Source: an uncultured virus (IMG/VR IMGVR_UViG_3300046010_001786) (taxonomy: Duplodnaviria > Heunggongvirae > Uroviricota > Caudoviricetes). From it: a stretch of 20,000 nt of DNA. A model generated the notes under the pieces. It saw only the letters and a list, made by a program, of their open reading frames with translations, had not been told where the DNA came from and ran no database searches. A program made the position numbers and the translations under genes. Of this stretch, positions 1 to 8,217 are shown piece by piece. The stretch lies in IMG/VR virus record IMGVR_UViG_3300046010_001786, one strand, 5' to 3'. Numbering within the stretch: position 1 is the first letter of the stretch; each line of letters starts with the position of its first letter.

Positions 1-1
1 T

Positions 2-2500
2 GACTTGCTCCAGCCCTTCAACACCAAACAGATCTTTTTGAGCACCAGGGGGCGTCGTTCTTTCTGGTGGCGTAGGCGGAGTAAGACTGAAGAAGTCGCG
101 CTCTAGTTCCGCTCTTCTTCGTTCTTCTGGGCTTGGCTCTCTAATTTGAGGCGTTTCAGCTCTTCCAATATCCGCTTCTGAGATTGTAGGGGCAACTCCT
201 TCAGCCTCTCCAGCGCGTTCTTCTGCTGCGATTTCTGCGAGTCGGGCGTTGATTTGTCCAAGGGTCAGCTCCTTTGATAAGTTCTCAATCTTCTCGTCTA
301 TCACCCGCAATGCCATCTTGTCGTCTTCGGTCAAGAAGTCATTGTTCTCAATGCGCTCGATGATGTAGTCAACAGCATTACGAACCTTTGAAAATTCATT
401 GGGATCGTAAACATCCTCTGCACGCACGAATACTTTGAGGTCGTCAGGCAGGAAGTCGTTGAGCTGCTCGTCCTCAATCATTTGCTGCAATGGCTTGCCG
501 CGACCTGTCTTGCTAACAAAACTATTTCGCCGAAGTGTTGCTCCTCGTCCCAGGCCAAAGTCAACACGCTTCAGATCTTCATCGAGCGTTAGCATCCCAT
601 CTGGCAATGGGCGATCAGCGCCTTCAATCTTTGCAGGCTGAGCTGCTCTACCAGACAACAGATCAGCAAGGTTATTAAATCCCTTGGTGCCCTTGATGCG
701 GTTGTACTGAATGTTTAGCGCTCTCTGCTTGTCGCTAATGTCTTTGCGTGCAGTCAGCTCTTCCTCGGACAGGATTGGCTCTTTGCCAAACATCTTCTCT
801 TCAAAGACTGTCTTTGGACCTTTCGCTGGTAACTCTGGTACAGCCTCGACCTCGGGAGCAGTGACCTCTGGGGGAAGTGTTGGCGGTGTCGTAAGGGCAA
901 TCTTCTCAGCCTCAAAAGTGTTGAGCTTAGCCGCTGCTACGTCAACGGCTTCTTGGCCAACCTTGTTCTTTTTAAACGCTGTCTCGGCCCGTTTCAGTTC
1001 CTGCCGGGCTTTGTTAATGTCCGTTTGTATCTCTTTTGCAGGACGACCAGCAGGTTTAATAACAGGTGGCGTAGGGGGCGTGATCGTACCAGCAGGGGGA
1101 GTAGGAGGCGTGACTGTCCCAGAAGGAGGAGTCGGTGGTGTTGGTGGCGTAACGCTTACGCCCGTAGGAGTTACGGGAGGTGTAACAGCAGGAGGCACTG
1201 TAACATTTGTTACAGTAGGCGCGACACCAGCAATCTGGGCGGCTATGTTATTGGCTTCATCGAAAGTGCCAAATGTTCCACCATCCTGCGTCTGTCCTGT
1301 TGCTGTGTCTATCATCAAGACTTGGAACTGACCGTTCGGAGCCGGGATGATCTGCGTTTCTGTCTGATCTGCGGGGTTTGTATATCCACCCAGGATTCCT
1401 GCCGACGGTGTAACAGGTGTTACAGGAGGCTGTCCTGCGGGTGGCGTAGTGGGCGCAGCGGCAGTTGGCGCAGCAGATGGGGTAGCAGCGGGCGGCGTAG
1501 TAGTAGGAGCAGCGGCAGGGGTGGTTGGTGTCTGAGGCCCCTTATAAGCATCGATAGCTTCTTTCGTTGTTTGAACAGTAGATCCAAGTCCACCGCCCAC
1601 AATCGCCCCTTCTAGCCCCGCTAGAGCAGCCTCTTCTAAATCAAATCCTCTTTGAGTCCCAGCGGTTTCTGCTGAATAGGTACCAAACTCTTCTGCAAAC
1701 TCTGTGCCTGCTTGAACCCCAGTCTCTTTGGCAATTCTTCCGGGAGCCGTTTTTCCTGTTACCCCAGCACCAGGCAACAATCTGCCAGTAGCAAATTTTT
1801 CAAATAATGTTTCAAACGCAGCAGCGCCAGCAGCGGCAGACACATCACCAACCGTGGCTTCGGCTAAAGTCTTCTTGTCATTTTCAACACGTGACTTCAG
1901 TATCTCGTTGGTTCGTGCGGCAAAGTATGCCGGGGCCATTGAAACCGCAGCCGCCATGTCCGGGATGGAAGTTATTACTCGTTCAGCAATAAACGGGACG
2001 GCGTTTAAAGGATTTTCTGTAAGGTCTTTAAGCTCTGTGCTTGGCGCGTAACCAACGTCTTTCTCGTAGTTCAACGCCTTGTCCGCGAACTTCTTGCCTA
2101 CCGTGTCAATTGGAAGTTCAAAGACCTGGTCTTTTGGAAGGCCAGTAAGGTTTGACATCAATTGAGCTAACGTGTCTGGAACTTCTAGTGCAGCACCAGC
2201 CAACCCAGCAGTTCTGGCCACAGCACCCATCAATGGGTTTTGCGTCTTTACTTCGCCCGGTGCAATTGCCTGCGCTGGTGCAGACTCAGGCAGTATTTCT
2301 GGCCTTGCCGCACTTAAGAATTTATCTAAGAAGCCCTGCTCTTCTTCTTTTTTAAATGGGTCTGCGATCTGCCACTCGTTATTGACTAGATATGCGAACT
2401 GTCCAGTCTCTGGATTCCGAGCGGTTTGTGACGGAGGAACCCACTGATTATTAACGAGGAACAGCACCTCACCAGTTTGAGGGTTGACTGCTCTCTGCAT
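2..2500 (-). CDS. Large putative internal virion/DNA-ejection protein, N-terminal 833 codons (continues past the left edge; not in ORF track)
   Basis: ATG at 2500, preceded by TAAGGATTAAAA (previous stop plus AGGA RBS). My manual translation MQRAVNPQTGEVLFLVNNQWVPP... stays open to the edge (...DLFGVEGLEQV). It has an Ala/Gly-rich helical region (AGLEGAIVGGGLG), Pro/Thr linkers and a charged region. Size and position after smaller ejection-type genes match podovirus gp16-like proteins (inference). Confidence 0.8.
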   Translation of the reverse strand, partial: MQRAVNPQTGEVLFLVNNQWVPPSQTARNPETGQFAYLVNNEWQIADPFKKEEEQGFLDKFLSAARPEILPESAPAQAIAPGEVKTQNPLMGAVARTAGLAGAALEVPDTLAQLMSNLTGLPKDQVFELPIDTVGKKFADKALNYEKDVGYAPSTELKDLTENPLNAVPFIAERVITSIPDMAAAVSMAPAYFAARTNEILKSRVENDKKTLAEATVGDVSAAAGAAAFETLFEKFATGRLLPGAGVTGKTAPGRIAKETGVQAGTEFAEEFGTYSAETAGTQRGFDLEEAALAGLEGAIVGGGLGSTVQTTKEAIDAYKGPQTPTTPAAAPTTTPPAATPSAAPTAAAPTTPPAGQPPVTPVTPSAGILGGYTNPADQTETQIIPAPNGQFQVLMIDTATGQTQDGGTFGTFDEANNIAAQIAGVAPTVTNVTVPPAVTPPVTPTGVSVTPPTPPTPPSGTVTPPTPPAGTITPPTPPVIKPAGRPAKEIQTDINKARQELKRAETAFKKNKVGQEAVDVAAAKLNTFEAEKIALTTPPTLPPEVTAPEVEAVPELPAKGPKTVFEEKMFGKEPILSEEELTARKDISDKQRALNIQYNRIKGTKGFNNLADLLSGRAAQPAKIEGADRPLPDGMLTLDEDLKRVDFGLGRGATLRRNSFVSKTGRGKPLQQMIEDEQLNDFLPDDLKVFVRAEDVYDPNEFSKVRNAVDYIIERIENNDFLTEDDKMALRVIDEKIENLSKELTLGQINARLAEIAAEERAGEAEGVAPTISEADIGRAETPQIREPSPEERRRAELERDFFSLTPPTPPERTTPPGAQKDLFGVEGLEQV
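1055..1535 (-). repeat. Pro/Thr/Ala low-complexity coding repeats (TPPTPP-type linkers)
   Basis: Translation gives PTTPAAAPTTTPPAATPSAAPTAAAPTTPP (~1440-1530) and VTPPTPPTPPSGTVTPPTPPAGTITPPTPP (~1060-1160), on either side of a small globular-looking segment. Confidence 0.8.
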
Positions 2501-2509
2501 TTTTAATCC

Positions 2510-4054
2510 TTATGGTTGTAATACAAATCCAGGAGGTAAAGCAGGCGGCTTTCCAGTTGTACTTGACGCAGCCCTCGGAGACCCCACGTTCAACAAATAA
2601 TCTACTTGCTCTTGTAACCTTTGCCGATCTTTTGGATCCGAAAGGTCAAGCTGCTTACCGTAGTCTGTTGATAATACTTTATTGACAGCCTCTTCTCTAG
2701 TCATCGTGCCAGCGCCAACCGACCACAGTTGAGCAAAGAGTTGCGGGGTAAGCGGAACGTTATTTTTCTTAGCCCAATCTGTTGCGAGCGACCACTTTTT
2801 CTCAAAGTCTGTCATACGCGTTCCAATCGTGGATCGCGCAACATCTTTTTGAATCTCGCCAGAAAGCATCGTATTGGTAAGGTTTGTTATAGCGCGATCC
2901 CGGCTATCAGCCCTCTTCTCAACGCGATCTCGGGCTTTATCAATTTGCCCTTGAGTGATATTGGCCTTACCCATCGCGGCTTCGTTCTGCTTAAGCAACA
3001 AGTTCTGCTCGGCCAATTGATACTCGCGCTCAGCTTTTTTGATCTCTTTAATATCGGAAGCCAGATTACGCAGCGCAGGTGTAGCGCCCTTGCCAATGTT
3101 TTCAAAGGCGTTTGGTGACGTACCAGCCATGATTCCAAGGCCGGCCTCTAAGAGACGGAAGTTACGGGCTTCTGTGCGGTCTTTGGCTAATGCCTCACGT
3201 TGCCCAGAAATGTCTTGTCCCATGCGTTTGAGCAAGCCTTCGTCGTAACCAGATCTTTCAAGCAGCTCAGATGTTTGTTTGCCCGCTTGTTCGACGGTTG
3301 GAACGACATCATCAGGTCTCGGCCCGAACCCTAAAGCATCGGTTAGTCGTGTTGCTTCGCCAACAATAGAGTTAATACCACGTGATGGGGGTATAGCCGG
3401 CTCAGTCATGTCGGGAGCAATACCCAAATCTTTGGGTGGAGGAATAGCTCCAGGAACGCCAACACCTTGTCGTGCAAACTTAGATTGCTCTCGTCCTGCA
3501 TCTATAGCGGTGATCCCTGCCTGCATACCAGGAACGCCCTGTCCTTGACGCGAAAACTTCCGCGCCTCTCTATCGGTTAGTTGTGCAATAAGTTGCTGGC
3601 GTCTCTCTGGAGAAGCCTGAGCAATCGCATTACGCAGGAAGTTTGGATTGAAAGAAGGATCGCGCTGCACCATATCTGCTATGGCTTGCTCGATCATGTC
3701 ATCTTCTACCAGCCCCTGGTTCTGGAATCGCTGCACCTGTCCACCATCTTCAAACGCTACGATCCCACCACCAGCAAACTCTGGTGCCTCGATGGGGAGT
3801 TGGTCTATACCACCCTCATCCATCATCTGTTGATTCTGCGCCTGGTCCATGACCTGCTCAGCAATCGTAGGCTCCTGACCTTGTGCCATACGGGCTGCTG
3901 CGGCTGAACGCATCCGCTGCTCAAAGGCGATCTTTTCTTCCAGGAGAGGCACGCCCATGTAGGCCGGGATAGTCCCAGACTGAATGGCCTGCTGTAGCTG
4001 GGGGATGCTGAGCTTTTCTGCCGTATCCAGACGGCTAAGAGCGCTTCCGATCAT
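2510..4054 (-). CDS. Putative internal virion/DNA-ejection protein (514 aa, helical/coiled-coil)
   Basis: Q/A/E/R-rich helical protein with FAGGGIVAFEDGG motifs, a single apolar stretch (LLEAGLGIMAG) and C-terminal LPPGFVLQP. ATGA overlap with the upstream gene; located in the ejection block. Confidence 0.7.
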   Translation of the reverse strand: MIGSALSRLDTAEKLSIPQLQQAIQSGTIPAYMGVPLLEEKIAFEQRMRSAAAARMAQGQEPTIAEQVMDQAQNQQMMDEGGIDQLPIEAPEFAGGGIVAFEDGGQVQRFQNQGLVEDDMIEQAIADMVQRDPSFNPNFLRNAIAQASPERRQQLIAQLTDREARKFSRQGQGVPGMQAGITAIDAGREQSKFARQGVGVPGAIPPPKDLGIAPDMTEPAIPPSRGINSIVGEATRLTDALGFGPRPDDVVPTVEQAGKQTSELLERSGYDEGLLKRMGQDISGQREALAKDRTEARNFRLLEAGLGIMAGTSPNAFENIGKGATPALRNLASDIKEIKKAEREYQLAEQNLLLKQNEAAMGKANITQGQIDKARDRVEKRADSRDRAITNLTNTMLSGEIQKDVARSTIGTRMTDFEKKWSLATDWAKKNNVPLTPQLFAQLWSVGAGTMTREEAVNKVLSTDYGKQLDLSDPKDRQRLQEQVDYLLNVGSPRAASSTTGKPPALPPGFVLQP

Positions 4055-5589
4055 GCTGCCACCTTTTTCATAGCTTTTTGAAGGGCTAGGGTATCAATTC
4101 CTTCTTCGATCTTACCGCCTGCTTTCTTGCCCTGACCTGAACCTGCTAACTGAGAGAACCCGTATGCGGCTGTACCCAAACCTGCTAGTTGAGACACAGG
4201 ACTTGGCGCTGCCTGGTATTGAGAGACCGTAGTGACCGGAGTTTGATAACCACGTAACAGAGCGTTGTACGCCGCCAGTTGCTGCTGCGGGTACTGTTGG
4301 GCCATCGCGTAGTTCTGGATAGCCTGGTTGATGATCTGCTGCTCTTGAGACTGCTGCGCTCCGCCAACCTGCTGCTGGAACTGTAACCGCGCAATGTCTG
4401 CCGCCTGTTGCTGCTGAGCAATATCTGCAAGTGACCGGCCCATCTGGCCCATAAGTCCGTAGCCAGCCTGAGCACCAGATACACCTTGAAGCCCAACACC
4501 CGCTCCTTGCATACCTGCTTGAGCGCCCTGCATCCCAAGACCATAGAGTTGACCAGCCTGACCAAGTCCACGAAGCCCAGCTTCTTGCCCCGCCATCGCC
4601 TGGCCGATACCAGATAAGCCAAGTTGACCACCCTGTAGCGCTGTTCCAAGTCCTGCCTGTGCACCCTGGAGACCTTGCATACCAGCCGTGACGCCAAACT
4701 GTTGTGCCTGTTGAGCTTGTTGGAATGCGTTTTGAAGACCTTGGGCCTGGATGTCGCTGAGCTGCTGCTGTAGACCAGCCTCACGCTGCCCTTGGAGAAG
4801 CGCCTGGCGAGCACCACCGTATGTACCCGTGCGGACCGAACCTAGATTCTGACCGAGTTGAGCACGTTGGGCATCATCAATAGCCTTGCGTTTAGCGATC
4901 TCTGTGACGTTCTGTTGGTACGGGGACATGTAGGCTTGCATAGCCCGAGGATCGGTAGCCATACGCTCATAAGTACCGCCCATGCTTGCTGCTTGACGAG
5001 CGTACTGACGGGCTTCTTCTCCTACATCCCGGCCAAGTTCTTCAGCTCGGAGACCCATGCCACCAATGTCTGCTGCGGTGCGTCCATACATCTGTGCTTC
5101 AGGAGCCATCCCGGCCCCCATCATTCCGTAACCAGCACCAAGTCCACCATACCGCGTACCCATTTGGCCATAGTCATATGCTTGCTGAGCGCTTTCCATG
5201 CCACCCATGCCAGCACCACCAACCATTCCCTGGCCCATACCAAACCCGCCAGGTCGCTGCATCATTCCCGTTTCGTACATCGACTGCTGTTGCATCGGGC
5301 TAAACGGAGCAAAGTAGTCACGGGGATCGGCACTGTACGGCGTGAAAGGTTTGACGCCTGTGATCTCGTAAGTACCCTCTGGAGTACGCTGAGTCTGAAA
5401 TGTCTCTTGCGTCGCAGCACCCAGGAGCGCTTCGGTCTGAGGTCTTAGCCAATCAGGAATTGAAGACTGAGTGACTGTGCTGGTTGTGTGACCGCCACCA
5501 CCGCCACCGCTGCCCTCTAAAGTCATGCCGCCAAAGGGGCGCTTCTGAAAAGCCCGCTCGGGCAGCATCGAAAAGTGATCGTATCTCAT
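4051..5589 (-). CDS. Putative DNA-ejection/pilot protein (512 aa, Gly/Gln/Met/Ala-rich)
   Basis: Short leader, then a poly-Gly tract and TTSTVTQSSIPDWLRP; YMSPYQQNV and GTYGGARQALLQ motifs; C-terminal apolar segment (QLAGLGTAAYG). This architecture is typical of podovirus pilot/ejection proteins. ATGA overlaps at both ends. Confidence 0.75.
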   Translation of the reverse strand: MRYDHFSMLPERAFQKRPFGGMTLEGSGGGGGGHTTSTVTQSSIPDWLRPQTEALLGAATQETFQTQRTPEGTYEITGVKPFTPYSADPRDYFAPFSPMQQQSMYETGMMQRPGGFGMGQGMVGGAGMGGMESAQQAYDYGQMGTRYGGLGAGYGMMGAGMAPEAQMYGRTAADIGGMGLRAEELGRDVGEEARQYARQAASMGGTYERMATDPRAMQAYMSPYQQNVTEIAKRKAIDDAQRAQLGQNLGSVRTGTYGGARQALLQGQREAGLQQQLSDIQAQGLQNAFQQAQQAQQFGVTAGMQGLQGAQAGLGTALQGGQLGLSGIGQAMAGQEAGLRGLGQAGQLYGLGMQGAQAGMQGAGVGLQGVSGAQAGYGLMGQMGRSLADIAQQQQAADIARLQFQQQVGGAQQSQEQQIINQAIQNYAMAQQYPQQQLAAYNALLRGYQTPVTTVSQYQAAPSPVSQLAGLGTAAYGFSQLAGSGQGKKAGGKIEEGIDTLALQKAMKKVAA

Positions 5590-6017
5590 AGTTGTACTTC
5601 CACTAAAGTAGTTCGTGGCTCAAAGCCGTACCGTTTCCATAAACGCACGATAGATTCTCTACCGTATCCCTGGACTTTTGTCGCCCCGCGCTGCTTTAGA
5701 ATCATCTTCAACTGCTCAAACGTGTTTCTGTTTGAAATCAACTTCCCGCCGATAAGAGTGATGAACGCCACTCGGGCCATCGGGTAGTTCGCAAAAGACA
5801 CTGTGGCTGCTCCGTGGATCTCTCCTTGTTCATCTACAGCCACCAACAACAACCAGATACCGCTCGTTAAGAATCCTTGGACATGATGTATGTTGTAACA
5901 GTTACTCCACTCCGGCGCATCATTGTCTTTAATCAGGGCATCGATTAAGTAATTGTCTACACGCGGCCATACTTGGGCAATGTAGTTAGGATCAACAGCC
6001 TGGATAGAAAGATTCAT
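5586..6017 (-). CDS. GNAT-fold (acyltransferase-like) protein in the virion block
   Basis: Pattern LLVAVDEQGEIHGAATV / VAFITLIGG / LKQRGATKVQG...RLWKRYGFEP resembles GNAT strands and the terminal 'w.r.GF' motif. Small GNAT-fold genes are common in this position in podoviruses. Confidence 0.65.
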   Translation of the reverse strand: MNLSIQAVDPNYIAQVWPRVDNYLIDALIKDNDAPEWSNCYNIHHVQGFLTSGIWLLLVAVDEQGEIHGAATVSFANYPMARVAFITLIGGKLISNRNTFEQLKMILKQRGATKVQGYGRESIVRLWKRYGFEPRTTLVEVQL

Positions 6018-6712
6018 TTTTTCAACAGTGAGTCAATACCTTCTTCTACGCCGCCACCTTTTTTAAACCCACCTCCATCAAAACTTGGCGGAGGAGCTGC
6101 CGCCGCTGCATCTGCTGCCGTTCTAGCATCAACCTGGGTTTGTGTCATATAAGGAATAGGCCGGTACTGTGACTGCATCGGCTGCGGGGAGAGCATGGGT
6201 TGGAAACGCTGTTGCTGCATTCCACCTTGCAATCTGGACTGTGACATGGGTTCCGACAAAACACTCCTTCTTTCACCGGCAGGCCCAAATATATCCGCAG
6301 CCGGTCTGAACATGTCCTGTTGTTGTGGCATCTGTCTTAACGCCGCTTGTCCCTGATCCGATATATCTGTAGCTGGCCCAAACATTCCTGGCGGCATCAT
6401 GTGCTGATCCATAGGATTGTTACGGAATACGCCTTGCCCAGTCATATCAAAGTTGCTTAGGTCATCAAGTGATCTTTGAGGTTGGCTAAACTTTTGACCG
6501 AACCCCATTCTCTGCGGCATATAGAACCCACCAAAAGGTGCCTGGCCATAACCCATCGGAGAGAACTGTGAGTAGCTCGGTTGATAGATCGGCTGGTAGA
6601 ACTGTTGGTTCGGACCATACGGCATGTAGTTCGGCCTACGTGATGCTGTGTAGGGGTCGTATTGAGGAGACTGCTGCATTTGATTTTGAATTGCGCCTGT
6701 TATCCCGCCCAT
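6014..6712 (-). CDS. Low-complexity Q/P/M/G-rich protein, probable internal virion protein (232 aa)
   Basis: RBS AGGAG upstream. Disordered-type composition. C-terminal KKGGGVEEGIDSLLKK resembles the C-terminus of 4051..5589. Confidence 0.65.
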   Translation of the reverse strand: MGGITGAIQNQMQQSPQYDPYTASRRPNYMPYGPNQQFYQPIYQPSYSQFSPMGYGQAPFGGFYMPQRMGFGQKFSQPQRSLDDLSNFDMTGQGVFRNNPMDQHMMPPGMFGPATDISDQGQAALRQMPQQQDMFRPAADIFGPAGERRSVLSEPMSQSRLQGGMQQQRFQPMLSPQPMQSQYRPIPYMTQTQVDARTAADAAAAAPPPSFDGGGFKKGGGVEEGIDSLLKK

Positions 6713-6721
6713 GTCTATCTC

Positions 6722-7672
6722 CTACGCAGGAAGGTACTTGCTGGAGTTGATCTCTTTGCCCTGGCGCTTACTACCAGTACGGGACTTGCGTACCTTGTCC
6801 ATCATGGCATAGAGCTTCCGTGCGCCAGCGTCTGTGGATCCATTGCCCAGGCCAGAAACGACATCTGCCGGAACGACAAATTCACCGTCCGCTAAACGAG
6901 CAGGCTGCTTGGCCCCAATCTTGGCAGGGATGCTGTCAGACATTCCATCGCCCGGCCCTTTCAGTAGACGGCCACCATCGGAGTAAGAACCCAGATGACC
7001 GCCTTTCATGTAACGCTGTGCTACTGCGGTATCTGCTAGACCACCACTTGCCATCGCCGTGCGATACCTGTCAGGGTTGTAACTGAATCGACTAAGGGGG
7101 CCGCTGTATTCCTCTTCTTCTGGAAGACCGGGCCTGTCATAAGACTGCCCAATCGCCGCCGTCGTTGCGCCCAAACCAGCAGGCATAAGCACGGGATTTC
7201 TAGCGTAAAAGGAATTGATGGACGGGAAAGTAGGAGACCCTGCCGTGCCCATTTGACTAGCACCAACATCAGACGCTAAGTTTTGAGCCATAGCAGAATC
7301 TGCTGCTACTTGAAAACCTTGGGACGGGGCAAACGATCCCCCAGCCAACATATCTGTTCCGTATCCAGCAGTAGTCGGCGCTGATAGCCCCTGACCAAGC
7401 CCCATAGTTGCTGACTGAGTAGGAGCGACACTTGCTAAATTGGCGGCTTCCGCTGCCGTTGCAGCCTGAGAACCTGCGTTGATACCTGTTTGTACCCCCG
7501 TACTTGTCGCCCCGGTAGCAGCACCAGTCCCCGCTCCGGCTATTCCAGCCCCAACGCCACCACCGGCAGCGCCTAAGAGAGCGCCCTTAAGCGGGTCTCC
7601 ACCTGTTATTGCAGAAGTACCAGCGCCTGTTACGGCACCAATGATCATCGCCTCGCCTACGCCCGTACCCAT
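6722..7672 (-). CDS. Putative internal virion/ejection protein with N-terminal glycine zipper and C-terminal GPGDGMSDSIPA...LADGEFV domain
   Basis: Strong RBS AGGAGG. N-terminal apolar Gly/Ala helices. The GPG-x-G-x-SDSIPA-x(n)-L-x-x-GEFV motif resembles one found in phage tape-measure and ejection proteins. Confidence 0.7.
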   Translation of the reverse strand: MGTGVGEAMIIGAVTGAGTSAITGGDPLKGALLGAAGGGVGAGIAGAGTGAATGATSTGVQTGINAGSQAATAAEAANLASVAPTQSATMGLGQGLSAPTTAGYGTDMLAGGSFAPSQGFQVAADSAMAQNLASDVGASQMGTAGSPTFPSINSFYARNPVLMPAGLGATTAAIGQSYDRPGLPEEEEYSGPLSRFSYNPDRYRTAMASGGLADTAVAQRYMKGGHLGSYSDGGRLLKGPGDGMSDSIPAKIGAKQPARLADGEFVVPADVVSGLGNGSTDAGARKLYAMMDKVRKSRTGSKRQGKEINSSKYLPA

Positions 7673-7676
7673 AAAA

Positions 7677-7731
7677 TCCTCCTAAATACTTGAATTGACA
7701 TATTATCCGTGAATTAACCATCTCAGGGAAG
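7677..7731 (-). promoter_or_regulatory. RBS (AGGAGG) and possible weak promoter ahead of the ejection-protein block
   Basis: Only sizeable intergenic gap (7673-7740), AT-rich. The minus strand reads TTCCCT-N17-GATAAT, then AGGAGG 5 nt before the ATG at 7672. The RBS is clear; the -35 match is poor. Confidence 0.35.
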
Positions 7732-7740
7732 TGCTGAAAC

Positions 7741-8217
7741 TCAAATCGTGTACCACTGGGTTGTAGTGGTTGCAAACAATTGAACGACCGACCCAGCGGT
7801 CAAAGAGTAAGAATTGTTGGCACCCAAAGCATTAATTTCCGCTCCAGTCGCTGGATATATTTTTAATGTATCTGCCGCATCAGAATTTCGCACTAAAATC
7901 GTTACGCCTGGCACTGCTGTCGGTAACCTTACGCCGTCATTAGTTGCTGTTACTACAGTCACATTGTTGATGCTAGATGTTAACTCCACCGCTGCGTTCT
8001 GCGTAGTTCCTGTTGCAGTAACGCTTGAGCTCACCCCACCTACAAAAAATCCCCCGATAAACTCATCTGCTCGATAAGAGTTTGCCTGTTGAGGGGTAAG
8101 CGAATCTAACTGGTTGAAGTACAACCGTAAAGCATTGATTAACTGATCCATCTGCTGACGGTCATACTGCTCCCGTGGCAGAGGAAGTGCTGGTGCGCGG
8201 AATCCTATAAGGGCCAT
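7741..8217 (-). CDS. Small virion structural protein (helical N-terminus plus beta-rich C-terminal domain)
   Basis: APALPLP...YD...QLINALRLYFNQLD N-terminus. C-terminal LP-x-A-x-x-G...V-x-N...LKIYP-x-x-G-x-x-IN pattern as in fibre/decoration domains. TAATG overlap with the upstream gene. Confidence 0.65.
   Translation of the reverse strand: MALIGFRAPALPLPREQYDRQQMDQLINALRLYFNQLDSLTPQQANSYRADEFIGGFFVGGVSSSVTATGTTQNAAVELTSSINNVTVVTATNDGVRLPTAVPGVTILVRNSDAADTLKIYPATGAEINALGANNSYSLTAGSVVQLFATTTTQWYTI

Noticed and set aside
7715..7740. Rho-independent terminator after 7741..8217
   Set aside because: The stem is short and weak (6 bp including a G-U pair) and lacks a U-tract.
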